Source: Candidatus Caldarchaeales archaeon
Lineage (GTDB): Archaea; Thermoproteota; Nitrososphaeria_A; Caldarchaeales; Calditenuaceae
NCBI GenBank assembly: GCA_039630085.1
Contig: JBCNVM010000006.1
Span: forward strand, 17,967 to 81,966
DNA: 64,000 nucleotides
Direction of reading: 5' to 3'
Shown: positions 29,657 to 39,448 of the stretch, one piece after another
How positions within the stretch are numbered: position 1 is the first letter of the stretch
Layout: every line of letters begins with the position of its first letter
The notes under the pieces: generated by a model
The model's input: the letters and a program-made list of their open reading frames with translations, nothing else
The model's database searches: none
Told to the model about the DNA's origin: nothing
Position numbers and translations under genes: made by a program

Positions 29657-31089
29657 GGATCTACCGGAAGGCCGGCGACAGGGTCGAGCTCATCGCCCTC
29701 GGGAGGGAGCTGAGCCTCGAGAAGGGCGACTACGTCCTCGCCTCTGACGGCAGCAGCACGCTTGTCCTGCAGGTGATAGACGTGGAGTACGCCGAGCTCC
29801 CCGGCGCCCTCGAGGAGACCCTGAGGGACCTCACGACCGACGGGTTGGTCCAGCTCGTCAGGCACGACCCCATGGACATCGAGTCTCACGTGAGGGCCGT
29901 GAGGGACTCGAGGCTCGTGGTCACGAAGCTCAGGAAGGTGATCGGGGGGCCGTCCATTTCTTTGCCCTCGAGGCACGCGACGCGGGTCAGGAGGATTTCA
30001 CCGCCGGAGGTCCTAGACATGGTCTCGGGGCCCCGGGCGAGGTCGATCGAGCTCGGCGACGGCGTCGCCGTCGACCCGAGGGACATCGAGGGGAGCGTGA
30101 CGATAGTCACGGGGAGGAAGGAGTCCGGGAAGTCCCACCTCGCGAAGCTGCTCGCGGTCTCGCTGGTCGAGACGGGCTACACGGTGCTAGTCCTGGACAT
30201 CAACGGCGAGTACGTCTCTCTGGGGACTAAGAGGGACGGCGGGAGGAGCGCAGTCCAAGACAGGATGACCGTGCTCTCGCCCGGCATCGACTACCTGATC
30301 CCGCTCAACAGGGTCTCTCAGGAGGTCCTGGCCGACGTGATGACCTTCGCGCTCGGGCTGCCCCAGACCAGCCTCAGGGAGCTTCTGCGGGCCGCGAGGG
30401 AGCTCAGGGAGTCCGGAGGGCTGACGTTCAGAAGCCTCTACAGGTCCATCAGTCATTCGCAGATGAACGAGTCGGTGAGGGACGCGATACTGAACAGGCT
30501 CGCGGCCCTCGAGTCCTCCGGCCTCTTCACCGACGAGCGGGGCGTCACCGACGCGCTGGTCGAGTCCCTCTCCTCGCCCGAGGGAAGGCTGGTCGTGCTG
30601 GACATGAGCTGCCTCGGCCCGTCGCAGAGGAGGATCCTAGTCGAGTACGTCCTGAGCGACCTGAAGGAGCGGCTCTTCGCCGGGGAGCTGGAGCCGCTGA
30701 TCCTCTTCGCAGAGGAGGCCCACCTCTACCTGAGGGAGACCTACTGGGAGGACATCGTGACGAGGATGAGGCACATAGGGATATCGACGGTCCTGATCAC
30801 CAACCAGCCCGACTCGATCCCGGCCCTGATCTACAGGCAGGCCGACAACGTCTTCATGTTCAACGCGCGCAACGGCTCGGACATCGAGCACCTCGCGAGG
30901 AACCTCGACGTAGACGCGGAGACCCTCAGGTCGATCCTCCCGAACCTCGAGAGGGGACACGCCCTGGCCTGGGGCAAGGCGTTCGGTTTCATGCCCGTCG
31001 CGCTGGCGGTGAGGGACACGGAGCTGGTCACCCGAGGGGAGACGAGGCGCAGGTCGGTCAGGAGGGAGAGCGCCGAGGGCGTAAGGTGA
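29653..31089 (+). CDS. HerA/FtsK-family ATPase (DUF87)
   Basis: N-terminal HAS-like barrel, GRKESGKS, LDINGEY, EEAH, RMRH.G, TNQP; ATGA overlap. Confidence 0.85.
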   Translation: MRIYRKAGDRVELIALGRELSLEKGDYVLASDGSSTLVLQVIDVEYAELPGALEETLRDLTTDGLVQLVRHDPMDIESHVRAVRDSRLVVTKLRKVIGGPSISLPSRHATRVRRISPPEVLDMVSGPRARSIELGDGVAVDPRDIEGSVTIVTGRKESGKSHLAKLLAVSLVETGYTVLVLDINGEYVSLGTKRDGGRSAVQDRMTVLSPGIDYLIPLNRVSQEVLADVMTFALGLPQTSLRELLRAARELRESGGLTFRSLYRSISHSQMNESVRDAILNRLAALESSGLFTDERGVTDALVESLSSPEGRLVVLDMSCLGPSQRRILVEYVLSDLKERLFAGELEPLILFAEEAHLYLRETYWEDIVTRMRHIGISTVLITNQPDSIPALIYRQADNVFMFNARNGSDIEHLARNLDVDAETLRSILPNLERGHALAWGKAFGFMPVALAVRDTELVTRGETRRRSVRRESAEGVR

Positions 31090-31143
31090 CCGGCGCGAGC
31101 TGCACGACAACTTATTAGCGGCCGCGGAGAACTCGGAACGAAG

Positions 31144-31956
31144 ATGGCGTTCGCCTTACAGGTCGGCGTCGGTGCGCTCTTCGGTCTCCTGATACTGGTC
31201 ATCGTACTGATCGCGATCCTGAGGGCCGCCATCAGGGTGGTCAAGGAGTACGAGAGGGTCGTGGTCTTCAGGCTCGGCCGGATGATCGGGATAAAGGGGC
31301 CGGGGCTCATCTTCCTGATACCGATAGTCGACTCGCCGAGGGTGATCGACCTGAGAATAGTCTCGATAGACGTCCCGAAGCAGAAGATCGTCACGAGGGA
31401 CAACGTCACGGTCGAGGTCGACGCGGTCGTCTTCATGAGGGTCGAGGACCCGCAGGCTGCGGTCCTGAGGGTGAGGGACTACCTGATGGCATCGAGCATG
31501 CTCTCGATGACCACGCTCAGGGACGTGATAGGCCAGGTCGAGCTCGACGACCTCCTGACCAAGAGGGACGAGCTGAACGTCAGGATCCAGCGGATACTCG
31601 ACGAGGCGACGGAGCCTTGGGGCGTGAAGATAACGGCTGTCGCGATAAGGGACGTGGTGCTCCCCGCGGACATGCAGAGGGCGATCGCGAAGCAGGCCGA
31701 GGCCGAGAGGGAGAGGAGGAGCAGGGTGATCATGGCGGAGGGCGAGTTCCTCGCGGCCCAGAAGATGGCCGAGGCCGCGATGGCCTACGCGGCTAACCCG
31801 ATAGCCCTGAGGCTGAGGGAGCTCCAGACCTGGACTGAGATCGCGAGAGAGAAGAACCTGATCATCGTGACCGAAGGCGCCGGAGGGCTGGGGAGCACCG
31901 TCGCGACGGCCGCCGGAGTAGCGGGGCATGAGGTCAGGAAGGGGAAGGCCGAGTAG
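31144..31956 (+). CDS. stomatin/SPFH (slipin) protein
   Basis: EYERVVVFRLGR, TRDNV, WGVKI, QAEAERERR. Confidence 0.93.
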   Translation: MAFALQVGVGALFGLLILVIVLIAILRAAIRVVKEYERVVVFRLGRMIGIKGPGLIFLIPIVDSPRVIDLRIVSIDVPKQKIVTRDNVTVEVDAVVFMRVEDPQAAVLRVRDYLMASSMLSMTTLRDVIGQVELDDLLTKRDELNVRIQRILDEATEPWGVKITAVAIRDVVLPADMQRAIAKQAEAERERRSRVIMAEGEFLAAQKMAEAAMAYAANPIALRLRELQTWTEIAREKNLIIVTEGAGGLGSTVATAAGVAGHEVRKGKAE

Positions 31957-33262
31957 GGACAGGAGGCCCGCGCTGCTACTGCTGCTAGCCGCGTTCCTGC
32001 TGCCGCTCTCTCTGAGTTCAGTCCCCGTCGAGTCGCAGCCGAGGCCCCGTGTCGCCCTCCTCGAGGTCCAGGGTTACATCTCGACAGCGGTGGCCGAGTG
32101 GATCGAACAGTTCCTCGACGCCGCCGAGATCTACGACGCTGTGGTCATCACCGTCAACACGTTCGGAGGTCTGGGGGACGCGACCCTGAGGATCGTCGAC
32201 GCGATCACGAACTCGCCGGCGCCCGTTGTCGTCTTCGTGTACCCGCCCGGAGGTCAGGCGCTCTCCGCCGGGACCTACATTCTGATGTCGGCGGACCTCG
32301 CGGCCATGGCTCCCCACACGATCATCGGGTCGGCGCAACCCGTGGTCAACGGGGTCCCCTCGCAGGACCCGAAGCTGATCAACTTCCTCGTCGAGAAGAT
32401 GAGGACCATGGCTAGGATCCACGGACGGAACGAGACCCAGGCGGCGAGGTTCGTGACCCACAACGACAACCTGAACCCGACCGCAGCCCTCGAGAGGAGG
32501 GTGATCGAGGTGATCGCGGAGGACGTCGGGGACCTGCTGGAGAAGGCGCACGGGAGGACGGTCAGGAGGCTCGGGGGCGAGGCGACGCTGAACCTCAGGG
32601 GCGCGGTGATCGAGAGGATCTCCAGGGACGTCAGGTCCGAGGTGCTCCACTTCCTCAGCGACCCGATACTCTCGACGCTCCTCATGTCGCTCGGCTTCCT
32701 GATACTGATCGTGGGACTCACCCACCCCGGCATCGGGACCGAGCTGGTCGGGGGCATCCTGATACTCCTGGGGCTGATCGGCCAGGGCTTCAGCGTCAAC
32801 TTGGTAGGTCTCGGGATAATCGTCCTGGGAGCGGTCCTCGTGCTCTACGAGTTCTACACCGGCGGGACCCTGATAGCCTTGCCGTTCGGCATAGGCCTCC
32901 TCGTCCTCGGATCGATACTGCTGATCCGCTCACCTCCTGGCGTGATCTACATCGCGCAGAGCTGGCTCGAGGAGGCGATGGTGAGCGTGATACTCGTCGG
33001 GACGTTCGCGGGCGCCTTCGTTGGTTTCGTCGTGTACAAGGTGGCCAGGGCCGCGAGGCGGAGGGCGCTTCAGATGGCCGTCGAGGAGTCCGGGAGGGCC
33101 GCGGAGGACATCCCCTCAGGCTCAGTTGGGTACGTGGTTGTGGGAGGAGAGTACAGGAGGGCCCTCGCGCTCGAGGACGTCAAGCGGGGCGAGGAAGTAA
33201 AGGTCGTCGGGAAGAGGGACAACCTGCTCTTGGTCAGGCCCGCGAGGCCGATGCAGGCCTAA
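31928..33262 (+). CDS. NfeD-like membrane-bound serine protease
   Basis: Signal peptide, NTFGG, ALSAG, IGSAQP, TM region, C-terminal OB fold; stomatin partner. Confidence 0.9.
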   Translation: MRSGRGRPSRDRRPALLLLLAAFLLPLSLSSVPVESQPRPRVALLEVQGYISTAVAEWIEQFLDAAEIYDAVVITVNTFGGLGDATLRIVDAITNSPAPVVVFVYPPGGQALSAGTYILMSADLAAMAPHTIIGSAQPVVNGVPSQDPKLINFLVEKMRTMARIHGRNETQAARFVTHNDNLNPTAALERRVIEVIAEDVGDLLEKAHGRTVRRLGGEATLNLRGAVIERISRDVRSEVLHFLSDPILSTLLMSLGFLILIVGLTHPGIGTELVGGILILLGLIGQGFSVNLVGLGIIVLGAVLVLYEFYTGGTLIALPFGIGLLVLGSILLIRSPPGVIYIAQSWLEEAMVSVILVGTFAGAFVGFVVYKVARAARRRALQMAVEESGRAAEDIPSGSVGYVVVGGEYRRALALEDVKRGEEVKVVGKRDNLLLVRPARPMQA

Positions 33263-33317
33263 CCCGCGCGAAGGGACCAAAAATTCTCCTAAGTTGAGTG
33301 CGCTGCGCCGCCGACGT

Positions 33318-33749
33318 TCAGGGCTGTGCGCCGAAGCGGCCGGTCCCGCGCCTCGGGCCCCTCGGTCTGGAGGCGTTGAAGTACCCTCCTGCGGGCACGG
33401 TCCTCTCGGAGAGGTTGTTCTCGGTGTTGACCTCGCCGATCTCCTCGTCCACGACCTCCACACTCCCGTACCTCCCGAGGTTGAGCTGCATCTTGCCCTT
33501 GAAGACCTTGACGTAGGCGTTGGTGACCCTCACGGTGCTCCCGACCTCCACCTTGTCGATGTCGTCGTCCCAAAGGACCAGCGATATCGCGCCGGTCTTG
33601 TCGGCGATCGTCGCGATCGAGAGCCTGTGGTTCGCGTTGTCGTACTGGCTTCCAACGACGCGGGGCTCGGTCTTCGAGACGACCTTCGCGACCAAGTTCA
33701 CGCCCCTCGAGCTGGGGCCGAGGTCCTCTATTCTCTCCACCTTACTCAA
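33318..33749 (-). CDS. ssb: single-stranded DNA-binding protein (single OB fold, crenarchaeal type)
   Basis: ADKTG.I.LVLWD, NAYVKVFKG.MQLN.GRYG; Arg/Gly-rich tail. Confidence 0.85.
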   Translation of the reverse strand: MSKVERIEDLGPSSRGVNLVAKVVSKTEPRVVGSQYDNANHRLSIATIADKTGAISLVLWDDDIDKVEVGSTVRVTNAYVKVFKGKMQLNLGRYGSVEVVDEEIGEVNTENNLSERTVPAGGYFNASRPRGPRRGTGRFGAQP

Positions 33750-33878
33750 ACGCTTTCACGCCCTATGCGTGCCTCTACCGCTCATAGGGTCGCTTTTTAA
33801 TGTTCGCGGATCCTGCCCCGCGGAGACGCCGACTGATACATTCATAACCGGGCTCACGGGAAAGGAGAGTTTGCGGGT

Positions 33879-35021
33879 TTGAACTATTACGGGCTGCTGA
33901 TGTTCGTCGCGTCGGTCTCGCTGATCGTGGCGCTGGTCCTCTCGAAGCGGGCGAAGGTCGGGTACGCGGTCGCGGCCGGCGCCTTGGTTTACGGAGCTGC
34001 GACTCTGAGGCCTGCGGAGCTGCTGAGCGTCACAGTCGGGTCCTTCAACCAGAGAATGCTGGAGGTCGCGACGGCCCTAGTGTTTTCGATGACGCTATCC
34101 CACGCGATGAGGAGGGACGGCGAGCGGATCTACAGGGGCATGGTGAGGCTCGGGACGAGGGCTGCTGCGATCGGGATACCTGCGACGATAGGGCTGCTGC
34201 CGATGCCCGGGGGAGCGTACGTCTCCGCGACGATCGCGGACCAGCTCTACGAGAGGGTGAACATGGACAGGAGGGTCAGGACCTTCGTGAACTACTGGTG
34301 GAGGCACATCTGGATATCGGTCTGGCCGCTCTACCAGGGCGTGATACTGGCCTCCGCGGTCCTCCACGCGGGCGTCGTCGAGGTGATCTCGAGGACCTGG
34401 CCTGCTGCACTGGCGGCTGCGATCGCCGGCTTCGCGATGATGCCCAGGATCCCGAAGGTGAGCGACCTCGGCCTGCTCGAGGACCTAGCGTCGCTGTGGC
34501 CCTTGGGGCTGGTCGCCGTCCTCTCGTTCCTCGTGCCCCTCCCGATCGCGATCGGCTTGACCCTCCTCGCGTACGTCCTAGTCAGCAGGATGAGCGCGAA
34601 GGAGTTCCTCGAGGCCCTCAGGCTCGGGACCAACCCGAACGTGATGATGATCATCGTCGGGTCGCTGGTCTTCTCGAGCTACATCGTCGCCACGGGACTG
34701 AACCTCGACCTCGCGGAGATGCTAGGCCCCTACGGCCCGATCGCCGTCTTCTCGGTGCCGCTGGTCATAGGACTGGCTACGGGGATAGAGTTCGCCTTCG
34801 TCGCGCTCGCATTTCCCCCGCTCCTGGGGCTGCTGGACGGATACATGGTCGCCCTCGCCTTCGCAGGAGGACACATCGGGGTGATGCTGAGCCCCGCCCA
34901 CAGCTGCTTCGTCCTCTCCTCGGAGTACTTCAGGACGCCCCTCAACGACGTCTACCCGCTCCTCGCGAGGGCCATAATGATCGAGGTCCCGCTGATCGCG
35001 CTGCTCTTGGCGGTCCTCTGA
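33879..35021 (+). CDS. DUF401 family membrane protein
   Basis: PA.IGLLPMPGGA..SA, NYWWRH, SPAH.C; multi-pass. Confidence 0.8.
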   Translation: MNYYGLLMFVASVSLIVALVLSKRAKVGYAVAAGALVYGAATLRPAELLSVTVGSFNQRMLEVATALVFSMTLSHAMRRDGERIYRGMVRLGTRAAAIGIPATIGLLPMPGGAYVSATIADQLYERVNMDRRVRTFVNYWWRHIWISVWPLYQGVILASAVLHAGVVEVISRTWPAALAAAIAGFAMMPRIPKVSDLGLLEDLASLWPLGLVAVLSFLVPLPIAIGLTLLAYVLVSRMSAKEFLEALRLGTNPNVMMIIVGSLVFSSYIVATGLNLDLAEMLGPYGPIAVFSVPLVIGLATGIEFAFVALAFPPLLGLLDGYMVALAFAGGHIGVMLSPAHSCFVLSSEYFRTPLNDVYPLLARAIMIEVPLIALLLAVL

Positions 35022-35023
35022 GC

Positions 35024-37009
35024 TCAGAAGAGCTCCGAGAGGTCCCTCACCTTGACCCTGTCCTCGACCCCCAGCACCCTCACCGCGTCCTCGAGCATCG
35101 CGAGGCAGAAGGGGCACTCCGCGACGATAACGCCGGCCCCCGTGCTCAGGGCCTCCTCGACCCTCTGGACGCTCTCCCTCTTGACCCTCTTGACCTCGTA
35201 CCAGTAGTTCCCTCCTCCGCCGCCGCAGCAGAAGGTTTCCCTGCCGCTCCTGGGCATCTCCCTCAGCTCCGCGCCCGCCAGCGCGGCCCTCGGCTCGTCG
35301 ACGATGCCGTTGTGCCTCGCGACGTAGCAGGAGTCGTGGAGCGTGACCGAGATCGCCTCCCTTACCCTGATCCTCCCCTCCCTCACGAGCCTCCCCAGCA
35401 GGACCGAGTGGTGGACGACCTCGACGTCAAGCCCGAACTCCCTGTACTCGTTCTTCAGGACTTGGTAGCAGTGAGGACAGTGGGTCAGGACCTTCCTCGC
35501 GTTGACGGACCTCAGCAACTCCACGTTCCTGTAGGCCTGCTCTTGGAACCTGCCCTCCTCGCCCATCCTCCTCGCCGACTCGCCGGTGCAGGTCTCGAGG
35601 GGCCCGAGGACCGCGAAGCTCACGCCGGCCCGCGTCAGGACCTCCGCGAGCCTCTTCACGACCTGCCTGGCCCTCTGGTCGAAGGTCGAGAGGCATCCGA
35701 CCCAGAAGACGTACTCCGCGTCGGGGTATTCTTCGACCGTCCTGACGCCCATCGCCCTCAGCTCCGAGACCAGATCCTGCCTCGCCGACTGCGGGAGCCC
35801 GTACATGTTCCCGGTCCTGCCGAGGTTGGTGAGGGCCTCTACCGCCCGCCTCTCGAGCCTCCCCTCCAGCGTGAGGGCCCTCCTGGCCTCGAGCACATAC
35901 TCCATCGGGCTGATGGTGACGGGACAGACCTCGGCACAGGCCGCGCAGGTGGTGCACGCGAAGAGTTCCTCGTAGGTCAGCACTCCGGACTCGAGGACAT
36001 CGCGCCCTCCGTCCTGACTCGAACGCCACATCTCGGCCCTCAGCTTCTGGACGACCATCCTCGGCGAGAGCGGCGTGCCGGCCGCGAAGGCGGGGCACGC
36101 GGCCTCGCACCTGCCGCAGTCGGTGCAGGCGTCGAGCCCCATCCTCTGGTACCAGTCCAGCTCGCTGACCCTCCTGAACCCGACCTTTACCTCGGCGTCG
36201 GGGCTCAGCTCCTCGAGCTTGAACGGCGTCTTCGCGAGGACCGGAGGCCTGGGCGCGGCGTATGACAGCCCGGCGTAGAAGACGGCCACTACCGTGTGGA
36301 GGAGGTTCGTGAACGGAATCGCCGCGACGAGGGAGAAGGCGACGACCGCGTGCGTCCACCAGACCCAGGGGTAGAGCTCCGAGGCGAGCGCCTTGGGGAC
36401 CTCGAGGGCCGAGAGCGAGGCCGCGACCGCGTTCCCGACGAACGAGTAGCCGGCCCAGGGGACTCCTTGGACGTGGAGCCTGAGGCCCTCGATCGCGAAC
36501 CCCGAGACCCCGATGAAGAGGATCCCGTAGAGGTAAGCGTAATACTCGAGCCTCTGCCTGAGCCTCTTCACCCCCGAGTACCTCCTGCCCAGCGCGACGA
36601 CGACGCCGTATATCATCAGCAAGCCGAAGAGGTCCATCGCGGCCTCGAAGGCGACGTAGCCCGTCCCCTGCAGCAGCTTCCCGCCGAGCCTCTCGAAGAC
36701 GTCGAAGTCGATCGCCACGAGCACGGTCCCGATGAATAGGACGAGAATCCCGTAGCTGAGCGCGACGTGCATCGCGCCCGCTCCGACCTCCTTCAGGAGC
36801 CTCTTCTGAGCGACCGCGTACCTCATCACCCCCCTCAGCCAGGCGACCGGATCCCTGAGTACCGCCTTCAGCGCCTCCCATCCGTACTCGGACATCTTCA
36901 GGTAGAACCCGTAAAGGAAGACGGCCGCGAACGGCAGCAGGACGAGGTACATCGCGACCTCCGTCCACTCCGGGAGGAGGGCGAAGTTCTCCCTCGCAGG
37001 GACCTCCAC
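35024..37009 (-). CDS. membrane-anchored Fe-S oxidoreductase (FadF/HdrD-like, CCG domains)
   Basis: TM region, CTDCGRC...CP, CTTCAAC...CP, CPHC, HDSC, CCGGGGG, CPFC; GTG start 37009. Confidence 0.88.
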   Translation of the reverse strand: MEVPARENFALLPEWTEVAMYLVLLPFAAVFLYGFYLKMSEYGWEALKAVLRDPVAWLRGVMRYAVAQKRLLKEVGAGAMHVALSYGILVLFIGTVLVAIDFDVFERLGGKLLQGTGYVAFEAAMDLFGLLMIYGVVVALGRRYSGVKRLRQRLEYYAYLYGILFIGVSGFAIEGLRLHVQGVPWAGYSFVGNAVAASLSALEVPKALASELYPWVWWTHAVVAFSLVAAIPFTNLLHTVVAVFYAGLSYAAPRPPVLAKTPFKLEELSPDAEVKVGFRRVSELDWYQRMGLDACTDCGRCEAACPAFAAGTPLSPRMVVQKLRAEMWRSSQDGGRDVLESGVLTYEELFACTTCAACAEVCPVTISPMEYVLEARRALTLEGRLERRAVEALTNLGRTGNMYGLPQSARQDLVSELRAMGVRTVEEYPDAEYVFWVGCLSTFDQRARQVVKRLAEVLTRAGVSFAVLGPLETCTGESARRMGEEGRFQEQAYRNVELLRSVNARKVLTHCPHCYQVLKNEYREFGLDVEVVHHSVLLGRLVREGRIRVREAISVTLHDSCYVARHNGIVDEPRAALAGAELREMPRSGRETFCCGGGGGNYWYEVKRVKRESVQRVEEALSTGAGVIVAECPFCLAMLEDAVRVLGVEDRVKVRDLSELF

Positions 37010-37108
37010 GGACTTAATGGCCTCGTCGGAGCTAAAAACGGTGTTCTGGCTTGTGCGTTGCGCGTGGACTGGCCGCAGCCTTATACCTCGGGCTCCAGGG
37101 CCGCGGGC

Positions 37109-37663
37109 GTGGGGGTCAAGGTCCTCGAGTCGAGGAGGGTCTACTCGGGAAGAACGGTGGGCCTGAGGGTGGAGAGGGTCTCGGTGAACGGGAGGGTCGT
37201 CCTGAGGGAGATCGTCGAGCACCGGGGGGCTGTGGTGATAATCCCGCTCCGCGATGACGGCAGGTTGGTCCTGGTGAGGCAGTACAGGCGACCGGTCGAC
37301 GAGGAAGTCCTTGAGTTCCCCGCTGGGACGCTCGAGCTCGGCGAGGAACCTGAGGGCTGCGCGAGGAGGGAGCTCCTCGAGGAGACCGGACATGAGGCCC
37401 TCTCCCTCGAGAGGCTCGCGACCGTCTACCCCGCCCCCGGCTACTCCGAGGAGTCGATGCACATCTTCTTCGCTAGGGCGGTGCCGAAGAGCGGTCCTAC
37501 GCCGGAGGACGACGAGGAGCTAAGGGTCGTGACGTTGACGCTCGAGGAGCTGATCGGGATGGTGCTGAGCGGAGAGGTCAGGGACGCGAAGACGATCGTG
37601 GGAGCCTTCCTGCTGAGGGAGAGGCTCGAGAGAGCTCACCGACCGGCGGCCGGGTTCCGGTGA
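37109..37663 (+). CDS. NUDIX hydrolase (ADP-ribose pyrophosphatase-like)
   Basis: PAGTLELGEEPEGCARRELLEETG Nudix box, RQYR, DAKT. Confidence 0.9.
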   Translation: MGVKVLESRRVYSGRTVGLRVERVSVNGRVVLREIVEHRGAVVIIPLRDDGRLVLVRQYRRPVDEEVLEFPAGTLELGEEPEGCARRELLEETGHEALSLERLATVYPAPGYSEESMHIFFARAVPKSGPTPEDDEELRVVTLTLEELIGMVLSGEVRDAKTIVGAFLLRERLERAHRPAAGFR

Positions 37664-38760
37664 CACGTTTATCAGAAGTCCCGGAGGGCCTTCCGCGGAT
37701 GAGGGTCACCGCCGAGGAAGTCCTGAGGGCGCTGAGGCAGGTGAAGGACCCGGAGCTGGGAGTCGACGTCGTCCAGATGGGGATGATCAAGGACCTGAGG
37801 GTGAAGGACGGCCACGTCTCCTTCACGCTCGAGCTGACGACTCCCGCCTGTCCCTACAACGAGGAGCTGAAGGCAGCGGTCCTGAAGGCGGTCGAGTCTG
37901 TGAAGGGCGTCGAGAGGGTCTCGATGGAGGTGAAGTCGAGGGTTCTGAGCGTCAGGCCCCAGAGCCCGTCCCTCAACCCGATACCCGCGGTGAAGAACGT
38001 GATCGCGGTCGCGAGCGGCAAGGGAGGCGTGGGGAAGTCCACGATCGCGGTGAACCTCGCTGTCGCGCTCTCGGAGGCAGGGGCCGCGACGGGGCTTCTG
38101 GACGCGGACGTCTACGGCCCGACGATACCCCGCTTCATCAGGGACTACGACTTCTCGTCGAGCGTCAGGGGGAACAAGGTCGAGCCGGCCAAGGGGCCGC
38201 TCGGCGTGAAGATGATGTCGCTGGGCCTGATCGTTACCGACGACACGCCCGTCATCTGGAGGGGGCCGCTGGTCGGGACGACCGTCAGGCAGCTGATCAC
38301 AGACGTCGACTGGGGCGAGCTGGACTACCTGATCGTCGACCTGCCGCCGGGCACAGGGGACGCGCCGCTGACGCTCGCCCAGACCGTCCCGCTGAGCGGC
38401 GTGGTGATCGTCACGACCCCCCAGAGGGCCGCGGTCTCGATCGCGATGAAGGCGCTCAGGATGTTCCAGAGGCTGAACGTCAACGTCATCGGGATCGTCG
38501 AGAACATGTCCTACATCAGGTGCGCCGACTGCGGGAAGGCGATCAGGGTCTTCGGAGAGAGCTACGCGAGGAGGGCGGCGCTGGAGGCCGGCGTTCCGCT
38601 GCTGGCCGAAGTCCCCCTGCTCGAGTCGATCCTCGAGGGGAGCGAGGACGGGACGCCGGTGATCGTCAGGGACCCGAAGTCCGAGGCCGCGGAGGTCTTC
38701 AGGACGCTCGCGAGGAGGGTGGCGGGGAGGGTGAGCGTCCTTGCCGCGGGCGGAAGGTGA
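37660..38760 (+). CDS. Mrp/NBP35 Fe-S carrier ATPase with DUF59 domain
   Basis: DPEL, TTPACP, GKGGVGKST, DADVYGP, DLPPGTGD, ENMS..C..C. Confidence 0.93.
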   Translation: MTRLSEVPEGLPRMRVTAEEVLRALRQVKDPELGVDVVQMGMIKDLRVKDGHVSFTLELTTPACPYNEELKAAVLKAVESVKGVERVSMEVKSRVLSVRPQSPSLNPIPAVKNVIAVASGKGGVGKSTIAVNLAVALSEAGAATGLLDADVYGPTIPRFIRDYDFSSSVRGNKVEPAKGPLGVKMMSLGLIVTDDTPVIWRGPLVGTTVRQLITDVDWGELDYLIVDLPPGTGDAPLTLAQTVPLSGVVIVTTPQRAAVSIAMKALRMFQRLNVNVIGIVENMSYIRCADCGKAIRVFGESYARRAALEAGVPLLAEVPLLESILEGSEDGTPVIVRDPKSEAAEVFRTLARRVAGRVSVLAAGGR

Positions 38761-39214
38761 GCGATCCGAACTCCTCTCGATCCCGAGGACCGGCGTCTAC
38801 CCGAAGGGCTCCCTCGATCTGGTCGCGGTCTACGAGTCCCTGAGCTCCGCCTACGGCAACGGATCTTCGGGCGCGCTGGCGACGTTCATGGGGATCGCGA
38901 GGTCCACGAGCAGGACCGGGAAGTGGGTCGTCGAGGTCGTGATGGAGGCCTACGTCGAGAACGCGGAGGCGGAGCTGCGCAGGATAGTATCGGAGGCGGC
39001 CGAGAGGCACGGACTGACCTTCGCGGGGATCTGGCACCTCCTCGGTTCCTTCAAGCCCGGGGAACCCATCGTGCTGGTCGCCTCGGTGGGCCCGAGGAGG
39101 AGGGGCGTGATGGACGCGCTCGCGGAGATGGTCGAGCGTTACAAGAGGGAGCCCGCGCTCTTCAAGAAGGAGGTCTACGCTGACGGCACGTCGGAGTGGG
39201 TGGAGGAGCAGTAG
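38741..39214 (+). CDS. moaE: molybdopterin synthase catalytic subunit
   Basis: GALATFMG.AR, EAY, FKKE....G.SEW. Confidence 0.85.
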   Translation: MPRAEGERSELLSIPRTGVYPKGSLDLVAVYESLSSAYGNGSSGALATFMGIARSTSRTGKWVVEVVMEAYVENAEAELRRIVSEAAERHGLTFAGIWHLLGSFKPGEPIVLVASVGPRRRGVMDALAEMVERYKREPALFKKEVYADGTSEWVEEQ

Positions 39215-39448
39215 ATTCGGCGTCTCAAGAGGGCCTACGTCTCCGCTTCGGCCTTCCTCGCCTCCGATTCCCTTCGCGAGTCCCTTGGAGTTTCGATCGT
39301 CTCTCGTGGAGCTCTTCATCGAGTTCGGAGGGAAGAAGGCAGAATCGCACTCCGTGTTATCTCTCGATCTTCTCGGTGAGGTTCTCGTATGGATCGCCCA
39401 CGGGAGGCTCCGAGTTCGCGGAGAATCCTGAAGCCCGACGGTCCCAGC

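Noticed and set aside
39285-39431. 48-codon ORF in the gap after moaE
   Set aside because: Atypical codon usage and no motif; at most a gene remnant
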